A DNA stretch of 64,000 nt from Treponemataceae bacterium (GTDB lineage: Bacteria; Spirochaetota; Spirochaetia; Treponematales; Treponemataceae): NCBI GenBank assembly GCA_045627325.1, contig JAZQNK010000068.1, positions 5,562 to 69,561 on the forward strand, given 5' to 3'. The notes under the pieces are model-generated. The model made no database searches and had not been told where the DNA came from. It saw only the letters and a list, made by a program, of their open reading frames with translations. The position numbers and the translations under genes were made by a program. Numbering within the stretch: position 1 is the first letter of the stretch; the number at the start of each line of letters is the position of its first letter. Positions 19,959 through 30,094 of this stretch are shown piece by piece.

Positions 19959-20768
19959 TTAAAACAAAAACAGCCCGATGATTCCAAGAGGAATTAAATA
20001 AATTGAAAAATAACCTAGTCTGCCGCTTTTTATAAGCTTCATCAAAACAAAAAGCGCACCCAAGCCGGCAAGAAAAGCACTTGCGCAGCCAACCAAAAGA
20101 CTTGAAACAGAAACAACGCTTGTCATTTCACCCAAATCTTTTGCTTCAAGAATAAAGGCACCCAAAATAGCTGGAATTGAAAGCAAAAATGAAAATTCTC
20201 CGGCTGTCTTACGGTTAACGCCAGAAAGCAGAGCACCAGAAATTGTGCTTCCAGAACGTGAAATGCCTGGCAATGTTCCCAAACCCTGTGCAAGACCGCA
20301 CCACAACCCCTGCTTTATATTTACTGTTTCATCATCTGAAATTTCCTGTTTTTTATTTTTATCAAACCATGTTGCAAATACAAGCAGAATACCTGTAATA
20401 ATAAAACCGACACAAACAAATTTTAATGGAATATCTTCTATAAATATACTTGAAATTATACCCAGAACGCCAGTTACAGCAGTAGCAACCACAAGCGACA
20501 AAATCATTATCTGTTTCGGTTTGTCATTTTCCAATTGTTTTCGTGTAACAAGCCTTATAAAAACTGCTATCAAATCAAATATCTGTTTTCTAAAAAAAAG
20601 AACAACTGCAAATAATGTTGCCACATGCAGACAGACATCAAAAATTAAAGGCACTTCTTCAAGATGAAACAAATATTGAACAACAGCAAGATGACCTGAA
20701 CTTGAAACAGGAAGAAATTCTGTTATGCCCTGCAGCAGACCTAAAAGAAATGCTTGAAAAACATTCAT
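19959..20768 (-). CDS. uppP: Undecaprenyl-diphosphate phosphatase
   Basis: MNVFQAFLLGLLQGITEFLPVSSSGHL is the canonical UppP/BacA N-terminus. PGISRSGSTI motif. Polytopic. The 28 codons upstream in the ORF track were not used. Confidence 0.9.
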   Translation of the reverse strand: MNVFQAFLLGLLQGITEFLPVSSSGHLAVVQYLFHLEEVPLIFDVCLHVATLFAVVLFFRKQIFDLIAVFIRLVTRKQLENDKPKQIMILSLVVATAVTGVLGIISSIFIEDIPLKFVCVGFIITGILLVFATWFDKNKKQEISDDETVNIKQGLWCGLAQGLGTLPGISRSGSTISGALLSGVNRKTAGEFSFLLSIPAILGAFILEAKDLGEMTSVVSVSSLLVGCASAFLAGLGALFVLMKLIKSGRLGYFSIYLIPLGIIGLFLF

Positions 20769-21072
20769 TATAAACTCCGATAATTTACAGATTTTTATTT
20801 CAAGATTCTGTATCGGCAAAAAGAAAGGAGGAATGCAGATTAAAATCTGCATTCCTCCAAGGGCAAGAAAGAAAAGAGGAAAATAAGGAGAACAATCGAG
20901 TTCAAGATATGCACGGAGGGTACATTCTGTTTACTCAAAAAAATGTCGCAAAGTCCACAGACTTACAGCATTTAAATTAAACAGCAAACCATTTATATCT
21001 TTTTAAATGCTGTTTAATTTAAAGACTGTATTCATCAGAAGCTGCCCATTTATAAGACAGCTTCTGCATTTA

Positions 21073-21651
21073 TTAATCAGATAAATCAAATACATGAACA
21101 ACCGAAGCATCAAGAATAACTTCACCTTCGTCTGTTACACTGATTCCTACAAAATCACCTTTGTGAATATCACCGATTTCGATACTCACACAGCCTTTTA
21201 CCTTGTTTTTTGACTTATCATAAAAATCTTCGTCTTTAAGAATCTTAGTTGATGCAGATGCAGCAACGACAAGTGTTTCTCCATCAGAATCAAGCACAAT
21301 TGTACCTCTTGTTGAATCAACAGCAGTAATTGTGCCCGTAATTGGATATTCTACAGTTTCATACAAATCATCGTCGTCATATATAACTATTGGATCTTCA
21401 GCAACATACCGTCTTGTACAAACCGGTTCAACATAAACACGCGAACTTCTATAAATTGTAATCGGTCGTGTTCGAATGCGGATAGACACATGACCTCTTG
21501 GCGGTGCCGGGTGATGATGTTTTGGCGGAGGCGGTGCCGGATGATGAGAACCAGGAGGCGGAGGACCTGGACGCCGATGAGGTTCAGCATACATACATGT
21601 AATTGCAATAAATAATGCGCTGACAACAGCAATTATAAGTTTCTTTTTCAC
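21073..21651 (-). CDS. Secreted Pro/His-rich hypothetical protein
   Basis: Signal peptide MKKKLIIAVVSALFIAITCMYA. Low-complexity PGPPPPGSHHPAPPPPKHHHPAPPRGH, then a beta-rich C-terminal region. No family recognised. Confidence 0.5.
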   Translation of the reverse strand: MKKKLIIAVVSALFIAITCMYAEPHRRPGPPPPGSHHPAPPPPKHHHPAPPRGHVSIRIRTRPITIYRSSRVYVEPVCTRRYVAEDPIVIYDDDDLYETVEYPITGTITAVDSTRGTIVLDSDGETLVVAASASTKILKDEDFYDKSKNKVKGCVSIEIGDIHKGDFVGISVTDEGEVILDASVVHVFDLSD

Positions 21652-21960
21652 AATTTCTCCTTCCTAAACCATCATAAGAATTGCAGCATAAAACAGCAGT
21701 TCCTATTTCAAGTCCGGCTACAAAATGTTTTCTGTCTGAAGCAAAAGTTTTGTTCAGTCGTCCTCTGAACAAGATATTTACTTCAGACAGATTTCATTTG
21801 CAAGCAAATGGTTTCTTCGGTAGCTCTTTTACAGTTTGCAGTATATCCTTGATTCATATACCCTGCATTAAAATAAGATTAAAACTATCTTATAAAAAAC
21901 AACAAGAATTTATTAAATTTTAATGTACTGTTATATCAATCCGGTATATACTCATCATGA

Positions 21961-22470
21961 ATGAACAGATTAAAATTATCATGCTTTACATTCTCGATTT
22001 TTCTCTTTATCTTTTGCTTCTGCTTTGAAGCCAATGCACAGTCGTACCATCATCACAATATGTCTATTCCAATGAATTCATATAGAGGAAAAAGACCTTT
22101 ATCAGACAGTTTTACAGATCATTTTGAAGAAACCCAGCAAAGGAACCTTTCCGTAGAGAAGGCATATACAGAACAGACAGATTATTCCATAATAATAATC
22201 ATAACATTTAACATTCCGATTAATCCGAATACAATTTCACCGGAAACAGTCAGTATAAATGATGAACAGCTTGATTCAAGCGCAGTAATAAAATTCAATA
22301 GAGTCGGAAACGAAGTACATATTTCAATTCCTTTAAGCATCATTGAAATAATTGATAAAGACAAAACAAAAAATCTTTTTGTTCATATTGATAAAATCAT
22401 AGCTTATGACGGCGCAAAACTGGACAAGCGCACGATTAATAACCTGGAATTTAATGTAACATATAAATAA
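21961..22470 (+). CDS. Secreted hypothetical protein, first gene of the two-component operon
   Basis: Signal peptide-like N-terminus. Ends 15 nt before the response regulator start. Very AT-rich. A possible Ig-like segment (PINPNTISPETVSINDEQLD) is only a weak resemblance. Confidence 0.45.
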   Translation: MNRLKLSCFTFSIFLFIFCFCFEANAQSYHHHNMSIPMNSYRGKRPLSDSFTDHFEETQQRNLSVEKAYTEQTDYSIIIIITFNIPINPNTISPETVSINDEQLDSSAVIKFNRVGNEVHISIPLSIIEIIDKDKTKNLFVHIDKIIAYDGAKLDKRTINNLEFNVTYK

Positions 22471-22485
22471 TCTTGCGGAGTTAAT

Positions 22486-23220
22486 GTGAATATTCTTATT
22501 GTTGAAGATGAACCAAACATTGCAAGTTTTGAAAAACTTGAACTGGAACACGAAGGCTATGCCGTAACTTTGGCACAGACAGGAAGAGAAGCACTCGCTT
22601 TTTTTGAAGAAAATTTAAAAGGCGACCCTCAAAATTTCTTTTCAATCGTACTGCTCGATATAATGCTGCCAGAATTGAACGGCATCGAAGTTCTGCGCCG
22701 AATAAGAAAATTATCTCAAGTGCCAGTAATTCTTGTAACTGCACGCGGTGAAACTTTTGACAAAGTCAACGGGCTTGATGCAGGCGCAGACGATTACATT
22801 GCAAAACCATTTGCAATCGAAGAACTTCTTGCACGCATACGTTCAGTATTGCGCCGTTCTGCACAGCAGGAAACAGCCCAAAATACAGAGCAAAGTACAA
22901 ACGCAGAACAGTCAGTCATTATTTTTGACAGACTGAAGCTGAACGCTGCAAGCTATGAAGTTTTTGTTGACGACACTTTAATTACACTTACAAAAACAGA
23001 ATTTCTGCTTTTAAAATGCCTGCTCTGCCACCAGGGCGAAGTCCTTTCAAGAACAGACATTATCAATGAAGTATGGGGCGAAGACCATTACATTGATGAA
23101 AATTCAGTTGATGTTTATGTACGTTATCTGCGTACAAAAATTGACGAAGTTTTCAATGTTTCTTACATAACGACAGTTCGCGGCGCCGGTTATACAATTC
23201 GGAAACCTTCAAATGCCTGA
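22486..23220 (+). CDS. OmpR-family response regulator
   Basis: GTG start with GGAG 6 nt upstream. Receiver ILIVEDEP...LLDIMLPELNG...K. Winged-helix C-terminus LTKTEFLLLKCL...VRYLRTKID...TVRGAGY. Confidence 0.9.
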   Translation: MNILIVEDEPNIASFEKLELEHEGYAVTLAQTGREALAFFEENLKGDPQNFFSIVLLDIMLPELNGIEVLRRIRKLSQVPVILVTARGETFDKVNGLDAGADDYIAKPFAIEELLARIRSVLRRSAQQETAQNTEQSTNAEQSVIIFDRLKLNAASYEVFVDDTLITLTKTEFLLLKCLLCHQGEVLSRTDIINEVWGEDHYIDENSVDVYVRYLRTKIDEVFNVSYITTVRGAGYTIRKPSNA

Positions 23221-24691
23221 TTTTTTTCGTTTTAAAGACATGAAAAACAGAAGTTTGTCGATTTCTACACGGATTGCCATCATTTTCGGCATTCTCACAT
23301 TTGTCATTATTGTGCCTTCGACATATTTAATAACATATGTTTTAAAAACAGCTGTCCTCAAGCAGAAATCAAACGAGCTTATCGAAAACACAATGCGCAT
23401 TTCGGGCGAACTTCAAAATACCAAAATTCAAAATGAACTGGTGAACACAGCAAAAAACTTTGTTGACAGCCAGACAGCACAGCGCCCAAATCTGCAAAGA
23501 AGTTTTGACATTGTTGACCGGTGTGTAAGACGTGCACGAGTTCCTTATTATGTTTCGTATACGGTTTATTATCTTGCAGAAGACAATAATCCTGTTTTTG
23601 TAGGCTCAAATGACCCTTATCTTCCATTGTTGCCGTTTACAGAAGAGCCTCTGCGGCGTTTTGAAAAAAGCTATTACACTGACGGAGATTTAAATATCCT
23701 CTATTTATCTGTTCCTGCCGGTGCTTTAAATATACAGACTTCAATTAACATGGAAGTTGACAGCATCGACAAACTGCTGACAAAACTGCCGGTAGTCATG
23801 CTTTTTTTTATGATTCCTCTGCTTGTAATTTCATTCTGCATAGCAAAATTTGTTTCTTCAAGACTTTTAAAACCTGTTGCAGACATTACACGTACAGCAA
23901 ACGAAATAAGTGCTTCTCAACTGGACAAGCGCATTCCAGAACCAAAATCAAAAGACGAGCTGAACGAACTTGCAAAAACGTTTAATTCGTTATTTGCCCG
24001 CCTGCAGCAGGATTTTGACCGCGAAAGAAGATTTACTTCAGATGTTTCACATGAATTAAGAACACCTCTTGCTGTTCTTTTAGGACACATAGACCTGCTT
24101 AGAAGATGGGGCAAAACAGATACAAACATTCTTGATTCTTCACTTGAAACACTTTATAACGAAACGAAATCAATGCAGTCGCTCGTTGAAAATCTACTGC
24201 TGCTTTCAAGAAGCGAACGACAGGCTCCACCAGAGAAACTGCTCGTAAAAATCAGCTTTATGCTGAAAAAGATTGTTTCAGATTTAAAGATTGTTTCTCC
24301 AGAAGTCAATTTTTCAATAGAGTGTCCGGAAGATGCCGTTCTGTTTACAAACCCGGACATGCTGACACAAATTTTACGAATCTTGATTACAAACAGCATT
24401 TTTTACAGCCCGTCTCCAGCTCAAATTACGCTGACGTTTGACCCGAATAAAAAAACTCTTGCAGTTGCAGATAAAGGCAATGGCATTGCAGAAAAAGATT
24501 TGCCGCACATTTTTGAACGCCTTTATCGCACAGACGAGTCAAGAAACCACAGAACAGGCGGTTCAGGTCTTGGCCTTGCAATTGCACAGACATTGACCCG
24601 CAACCTTGGCGCTACAATTTCAGCAGAAAGCGCCGGTCTTGATCTTGGCACCTGCATGACCATAAAATTTCTTGAACAAGAGATAGAATAA
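23213..24691 (+). CDS. Sensor histidine kinase (2 TM, HAMP, HisKA, HATPase_c)
   Basis: Overlaps the regulator gene by 8 nt. H-box SHELRTPLAVLLG. ADKGNGI and GGSGLGLAIAQ G-boxes. Confidence 0.9.
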   Translation: MPDFFRFKDMKNRSLSISTRIAIIFGILTFVIIVPSTYLITYVLKTAVLKQKSNELIENTMRISGELQNTKIQNELVNTAKNFVDSQTAQRPNLQRSFDIVDRCVRRARVPYYVSYTVYYLAEDNNPVFVGSNDPYLPLLPFTEEPLRRFEKSYYTDGDLNILYLSVPAGALNIQTSINMEVDSIDKLLTKLPVVMLFFMIPLLVISFCIAKFVSSRLLKPVADITRTANEISASQLDKRIPEPKSKDELNELAKTFNSLFARLQQDFDRERRFTSDVSHELRTPLAVLLGHIDLLRRWGKTDTNILDSSLETLYNETKSMQSLVENLLLLSRSERQAPPEKLLVKISFMLKKIVSDLKIVSPEVNFSIECPEDAVLFTNPDMLTQILRILITNSIFYSPSPAQITLTFDPNKKTLAVADKGNGIAEKDLPHIFERLYRTDESRNHRTGGSGLGLAIAQTLTRNLGATISAESAGLDLGTCMTIKFLEQEIE

Positions 24692-24792
24692 AAGGGAAAT
24701 GGCACTGAAAAACAAATAAACTTCATTTTAGATAATGACAAGAAGGCTATTTCATGCAAGTATTGATAATTATTAATTTGGCTGTTAAAATC

Positions 24793-24851
24793 TTTATTTA
24801 AGGTTCGCATACAAAACGTCTACCAACTATTATATTTGAACCTTAAATAAA
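24793..24851. repeat. 14-bp perfect inverted repeat (hairpin) at the edge of an AT-rich islet
   Basis: TTTATTTAAGGTTC (24793-24806) / GAACCTTAAATAAA (24838-24851), with a 31-nt spacer. There is no convincing U-tract on either strand. Confidence 0.6.
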
Positions 24852-24875
24852 AAGGAATTTTAATTAAAACATATT

Positions 24876-25643
24876 ATGATATGCAAGATTTGTAATACTA
24901 AGTTAAATTTTTTTGATTCATCTTTAATATTAAATAAATATAAAATTCAATATTATAAATGCGAAAATTGTGGAATAATCTGTACTGAAAAACCATACTG
25001 GCTGGAAGAATCTTATTCTACAGCAATTACATCCAGTGATATCGGTATCATTAGCAGAAATTTTTCTTTTACAGAAGGGTTAAAAAGAATTATTCCAGTT
25101 ATTTTTCCTACTGCAAAGTCTTTTTTGGATTACGGCGGTGGATATGGAATTTTCGTACGAAGAATGCGAGATTTAGGCTTTGATTTTGAATGGTATGATA
25201 AATACTGTGAAAATATTTTTGCAAAAGGTCATGAACAAAAAAAGAACCATTATAACGTTGTTACAGCTTTTGAATTATTTGAACATCTGGAAGATCCAGT
25301 TAATACATGCAAAGAATTACTTTCACTTGGAGATAATCTGATTTTTTCAACAGAATTATTGCCAGTCCCAAATCCAAAACCACAGGAATGGTGGTATTAT
25401 TGCACCGATCACGGTCAGCATATTTTCTTTTATGAAAAAAAATCATTAGAAATGTTAGCAAAAATGTATAACAAACATTATTATTCAATAAACGGTTTTC
25501 ATATTTTTTCTTCAGAAGTTTTGAATATTAAAGAAATCAAATGGAAATTATCTGCTGGCTTGATTGGGAAAATTTACCGGCGATTAAATAGAGACAATAG
25601 AACAAGTCTATTAGAGTCAGATTATAAAAACATTGTCTCTTAG
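24876..25643 (+). CDS. Class I SAM-dependent methyltransferase with an N-terminal Cys4 zinc-ribbon
   Basis: CKICNTKL...CENCG zinc-ribbon. SAM motif I LDYGGGYGIFVRRM. Markedly more AT-rich than the flanking genes. Confidence 0.7.
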   Translation: MICKICNTKLNFFDSSLILNKYKIQYYKCENCGIICTEKPYWLEESYSTAITSSDIGIISRNFSFTEGLKRIIPVIFPTAKSFLDYGGGYGIFVRRMRDLGFDFEWYDKYCENIFAKGHEQKKNHYNVVTAFELFEHLEDPVNTCKELLSLGDNLIFSTELLPVPNPKPQEWWYYCTDHGQHIFFYEKKSLEMLAKMYNKHYYSINGFHIFSSEVLNIKEIKWKLSAGLIGKIYRRLNRDNRTSLLESDYKNIVS

Positions 25644-25947
25644 TTTTTTTTAAGACTCTTAAAAACTTATTTTATCGTCTTCTCTTCTTGCATCAACAAA
25701 AAATCAAATATTCTAACATCAATGAATGCAATTCTAAAATTTATAATTTTCTGTAAATTCTTCTAACGGCTTCGTATAAGCCGAAACTTGTAACCGCGCA
25801 TAGCATTTTATCAGTAAGATTTGCAGATATGTGCTGCAAAGTTTGTTCTGTTCAGGCAAAAGTTTGCAGTGGTTTCCGCTGTTGCTGTAATTTTTTGTGG
25901 TTTAAAGCAACTTGCAATAAACATATATAATAGGCTATTTTATATAA

Positions 25948-27225
25948 ATGGCACACACTAAATCTTTTATATTTATTTTATTTATCATTCTGTGTCTTTC
26001 ATCTTGTCAGACAACTAATAAGTCAAAAAAAGACAAGACTGTTGTTGAAACCGAAATAAACAGTAAACCTGCACCTCAAACAAAGTCAAAAAACACAGAG
26101 CCACACATTACAAGTGCAACACTTGTTGCTGTCGGCGACAATTTGATTCATGCACCAATTTATACACAGGCAGCAAGCAGGGCAAAAACAGCAAATCTTG
26201 AAACAAAAGCAAAAAATGCACCAAATTATGATTTTTCGTTTGCATATAAAAATCTGCTGCCGCTCATTTCGCTTGCAGATTTTGCCTTTATAAACCAGGA
26301 AACACTTGTTGCACCTTCTTTTAGTCCTTCTACATATCCGCGTTTCTGTACACCAAAAGAAATGGGTGATTTTATCGTTGATTCCGGTTTTAACATGATT
26401 GCAATGGCAAACAACCATATGCTCGACAAAGACGAAGCAGGCTTGCGAGATTCAATTAAATATTGGAAAACAAAAGAAAATGTTGCCGTATCTGGCGCTT
26501 TTTTAGACAAAAATGACATGAACACAGTCCGCGTTATAGAAAAAAACGACATAAAACTTGGCTTCGTTTCATTCACTTCATCTTTGAACGGCTTGACCCT
26601 TCCGGCAAAATCTCAGTTGCAGATTGGTTTTGCTTCTGACGAAAAACAGCTTAAAAAAATGATTGAAGATGCAAAAGCACAAAGCGACCTTGTCGTTGTT
26701 TCTGCACACTGGGGCGAAGAATATAAAACAGAGCCAGACGCAAAACAAAAAGAAATGGCGCAAAAACTGGCAGACTGGGGCGCCGACATTATTATTGGAA
26801 CACATCCGCATGTTCTTCAGACAATTGAAGAACTGCGCTCAAGCGACGGACGTCTTGTTCTTGTTGCTTATTCTCTTGGAAATTTAATTTCAAGCCAGAA
26901 TGAAGGGCTTCGTGTAATCGGCGGTCTTTTATCAATGACAATTGAAAAAAACCTCGACACAAACGAAACACAGTTCAGCCATGTTACACTGCTTCCACTT
27001 GTTACAAACTACGGGAACGGCTTTTCTGAAATTTCAATTTATCCAATTACAGAATATCCTCCTTCAATGGCAAAAAAACACGGCGTAAAACGCTTTACTT
27101 CAGAATTCAATTATAATTATATTCTTGAGCAGACAAAAAACATTATTCCTGCAAAATATTTGATTTTACCGGACAATTTCTACACACAACTTCCGTTGCG
27201 ATATCAGCTTTGGATTATGCGATAA
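25948..27225 (+). CDS. CapA-family (PGA_cap metallophosphatase-fold) lipoprotein
   Basis: Lipobox LCLSSC. Motifs VAVGDNLIH, MANNHMLD, SAHWGEEY, GTHPHVLQ. Confidence 0.8.
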   Translation: MAHTKSFIFILFIILCLSSCQTTNKSKKDKTVVETEINSKPAPQTKSKNTEPHITSATLVAVGDNLIHAPIYTQAASRAKTANLETKAKNAPNYDFSFAYKNLLPLISLADFAFINQETLVAPSFSPSTYPRFCTPKEMGDFIVDSGFNMIAMANNHMLDKDEAGLRDSIKYWKTKENVAVSGAFLDKNDMNTVRVIEKNDIKLGFVSFTSSLNGLTLPAKSQLQIGFASDEKQLKKMIEDAKAQSDLVVVSAHWGEEYKTEPDAKQKEMAQKLADWGADIIIGTHPHVLQTIEELRSSDGRLVLVAYSLGNLISSQNEGLRVIGGLLSMTIEKNLDTNETQFSHVTLLPLVTNYGNGFSEISIYPITEYPPSMAKKHGVKRFTSEFNYNYILEQTKNIIPAKYLILPDNFYTQLPLRYQLWIMR

Positions 27226-27278
27226 ACATTCTGGTGCAGTTTTCTAAATGAATTCTGCACCTGTTTTTTTTAACGAAT

Positions 27279-28175
27279 ATGACATACCGTTCTGTTTCTG
27301 AGTTTTATAAAGAAAAATTTGGCTGCAAAGTTTATAAAATTTCTCTTGACGCCGGCTGCACCTGCCCTACACGCGACGGCACAAAAGGAGAAGGCGGCTG
27401 CATTTTCTGCAGCGCTTCCGGTTCGGGCGATTTTGCTGCAAACAGAAATCTGCCTATAGAAGAACAAATTGAACAGGCAAAACAGAAAGTCGCTTCAAAA
27501 CTGAATAAAGGCAGTGGCAAATTCATTGCATATTTTCAGAATTTTACAAACACTTACGGCGACATAAACAGGCTTGAAAAATTATGGTTCAAAGCCGCAT
27601 CTTCTAAAGACATTGTCGGTGTTGCAATTGCCACGCGCCCGGATTGTCTTGAACAGCCCGCACTTGATGCAATTTCAAGACTTTCAAAAATCACTTTTAC
27701 TTCAATTGAACTTGGACTTCAGACAACAAACGAAAAATCCATAAATTATATCAGACGGAATTTTGAAAACAGTGTTTATGACCAGGCTGTAAAAAAACTC
27801 CACGACATTTCAAAAAAAATTCATGTCGTAACCCACGTTATTTTTGGTCTTCCAGGCGAAACCGAAAAAGACATGATAGAAACTGTCAAACACGCCGTAA
27901 AAGCCGGTACGGACGGCATAAAAATTACGGTTCTTCATGTCTTAAAAAATACAAGTCTTGCAGAAGATTATCTTGAACACAAATTTGAATGCCTTTCGAT
28001 GGAACAATATTTTGAACTTCTAGCAAAAGCGCTTAAAATCATTCCGCCGGAAGTTGTCGTGCACAGGCTTACAGGCGACGGTGCAAAAAATATTTTGATT
28101 GCGCCTTTGTGGACAGCAGACAAAAAAAAGGTACACAACTCGCTAAGAACATTTCTTGAAAATTACAAACTTTAG
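27279..28175 (+). CDS. TIGR01212-family radical SAM protein
   Basis: KISLDAGCTCPTRDGTKGEGGCIFCS is the characteristic N-terminal cluster region of this family. TIM-barrel-like remainder. Confidence 0.85.
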   Translation: MTYRSVSEFYKEKFGCKVYKISLDAGCTCPTRDGTKGEGGCIFCSASGSGDFAANRNLPIEEQIEQAKQKVASKLNKGSGKFIAYFQNFTNTYGDINRLEKLWFKAASSKDIVGVAIATRPDCLEQPALDAISRLSKITFTSIELGLQTTNEKSINYIRRNFENSVYDQAVKKLHDISKKIHVVTHVIFGLPGETEKDMIETVKHAVKAGTDGIKITVLHVLKNTSLAEDYLEHKFECLSMEQYFELLAKALKIIPPEVVVHRLTGDGAKNILIAPLWTADKKKVHNSLRTFLENYKL

Positions 28176-28253
28176 CGTCTGCCTTGAAAAATTCTTTTGG
28201 AAAAAACATAAAGCTATGGTATGATGTAACAAGGGTGAAAAATCGAGGTAAAT

Positions 28254-29414
28254 ATGGCAGCACAGGTAACAAATGACTTTCTTGCTCAGTTCAATTCCTT
28301 AAGCAATTCTGGAATGCTTGAGAAAAATGAAAGCCTACGGCATGAAAACCAACAGCTAAAAAGACTTATTGATGACAGTGCAGCGCTGCTTCTTATTACA
28401 AGCGCAGACAGTATGTTTGAATTTATAAGTACAAGGTTTCTTGATTATTTTCTGCCACAGTTTATGGCTTTTATCATTCAGCCACCCCGTGAAAATTCAA
28501 TTCTTCAATATTGCTACAAAAATATAGGCCGCGTGTCTGAACGCATAAACGATTCAAATTACAAGTCATTGCTTCAATATTTTAACAATGGAAACACCGA
28601 CAACGAATTTGAAAAAATCGAAAAAAGCCTTTCAGCCGGCAGTTTTTCAGATGATTTTCTGCAGACACATCCTTTAATGGTTTTTCCGTTAAAAGGCATA
28701 GGCGGCATTTATGGTTTTGCTACATTCAGCGAAAAAATAACCGGCAACAGTTACACCCGTGCAGAAATTGATTACATAACGCATATGTTCAGTGTGCTCT
28801 CTGTTATGATTCAAAATGACATGCACTATAAGACTTCAATTACAGACCCTAAAACAGGGCTTTATACATACGACTATTTTATCAACAAATTAACAGAAAC
28901 TACGGCCATCGTTCACCGATATAAACACACAGCCGGTCTTTTGATGATTGACATTGATTTCTTCAAAAAATTCAACGACCAATGGGGTCATCTTACAGGC
29001 GATAAAGTGCTTATTACAATTTCTGCCGCAATGAGCGCAATTCTCCGCAAAGAAGACTGTCTTTGCAGGTTTGGCGGCGAAGAATTTGCAATCCTCATTC
29101 CAGAAACAGACGCTGTAGGCCTTGCATCTCTTGCAGAAAGATTAAGACAGACTGTAAAACAGGCAGAAGTAAAAGTGAATGGAACAGCTCTTTCTGTAAC
29201 CATCAGTCTTGGCGCATGTCTTATTACAGCCTCTGAAAAAATTGACCCGAAAACACTGCTTGACCGTGCAGACAAGGCACTCTATCTTGCAAAAACAAAC
29301 GGAAGAAACTGTGCAGCTTTGTTCCCGGACGGTTTGTTAAGACGGGCAGCAGTTCACAGAGGCATAAACGAAATTCAAATTATTTCGCCAGATTTGATTA
29401 TTTCGCAGAATTAA
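28254..29414 (+). CDS. Diguanylate cyclase (GAF-like N-terminal sensor, GGDEF)
   Basis: GGDEF domain DPKTGLYTYDYF...DIDFFKKFNDQWGHLTGD...RFGGEEFAILIP. Confidence 0.85.
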   Translation: MAAQVTNDFLAQFNSLSNSGMLEKNESLRHENQQLKRLIDDSAALLLITSADSMFEFISTRFLDYFLPQFMAFIIQPPRENSILQYCYKNIGRVSERINDSNYKSLLQYFNNGNTDNEFEKIEKSLSAGSFSDDFLQTHPLMVFPLKGIGGIYGFATFSEKITGNSYTRAEIDYITHMFSVLSVMIQNDMHYKTSITDPKTGLYTYDYFINKLTETTAIVHRYKHTAGLLMIDIDFFKKFNDQWGHLTGDKVLITISAAMSAILRKEDCLCRFGGEEFAILIPETDAVGLASLAERLRQTVKQAEVKVNGTALSVTISLGACLITASEKIDPKTLLDRADKALYLAKTNGRNCAALFPDGLLRRAAVHRGINEIQIISPDLIISQN

Positions 29415-29694
29415 AAACTTCTCGCAGTTTCAATTTAAGATTCTCTGCTTTTCTCTTGTCTTTTGGCGTTTATTTTTCCATCTTTATTATAGAAGAACAC
29501 AGACAGCAAATGCAAAAAATGTTCTTTTAGAGATGCCTTTTAATGCAACGCTTCACGTGCAATTCATTAAAAAAGCGTGATGTAAATACGTTTTGTATTT
29601 TCATCATCAAAGTTTGTTCATGCATTGCATCCGCAAACTTTGATTCTCGCCATAATGAGCCGCTGCTAACGCAAGGTTTTATAAGGGGAAAATT

Positions 29695-30006
29695 ATGATT
29701 AATGAATTATCTATGAACGATTTTGATAATGCAGTGTTTAAAAGCGAAAAACCTGTTTTAATTGATTTTTTTGCAACATGGTGCGGTCCATGCAAAATGC
29801 TCTCGCCTGTTCTTGAAGAACTTGCAGAAGATTTAAAAGACAAAGCCGCAGTCTATAAAGTTGACGTCGATAAAAATGCAGGTCTTGCAGACCGTTTCCG
29901 CATTTTAAGCGTGCCGACTTTGATGTTTGTAAAAAACGGCAAAATTCAGACACGCATTGAAGGCACACGCAACACAGACGAATTAAAAGACCTTCTGTTA
30001 AATTAA
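29695..30006 (+). CDS. trxA: Thioredoxin
   Basis: 103 aa, active site WCGPCK, GGGGA SD upstream. Confidence 0.95.
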   Translation: MINELSMNDFDNAVFKSEKPVLIDFFATWCGPCKMLSPVLEELAEDLKDKAAVYKVDVDKNAGLADRFRILSVPTLMFVKNGKIQTRIEGTRNTDELKDLLLN

Positions 30007-30094
30007 CAGGTTTTAATGCATGACCACACGGTTCTGCATTAAAAAGTGCCACAAGTTTTTCAACAAGTGCGCCAGAAATGGCGCACCAGTTAAT

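Noticed and set aside
20769-20852. 28-codon N-terminal extension of uppP in the ORF track (MQILICIPPFFLPIQ...).
   Set aside because: The canonical UppP N-terminus starts at MNVFQAF (ATG at 20768). The extension has no counterpart in the family.
30013-30087. Two perfect 8-bp hairpins (TTAATGCA/TGCATTAA and GTGCGCCA-GAAA-TGGCGCAC) between convergent trxA and larC, considered as intrinsic terminators.
   Set aside because: Neither is followed by a U-tract on either strand, so I did not call them terminators. They could still act as RNA 3'-end stabilisers or pause sites.
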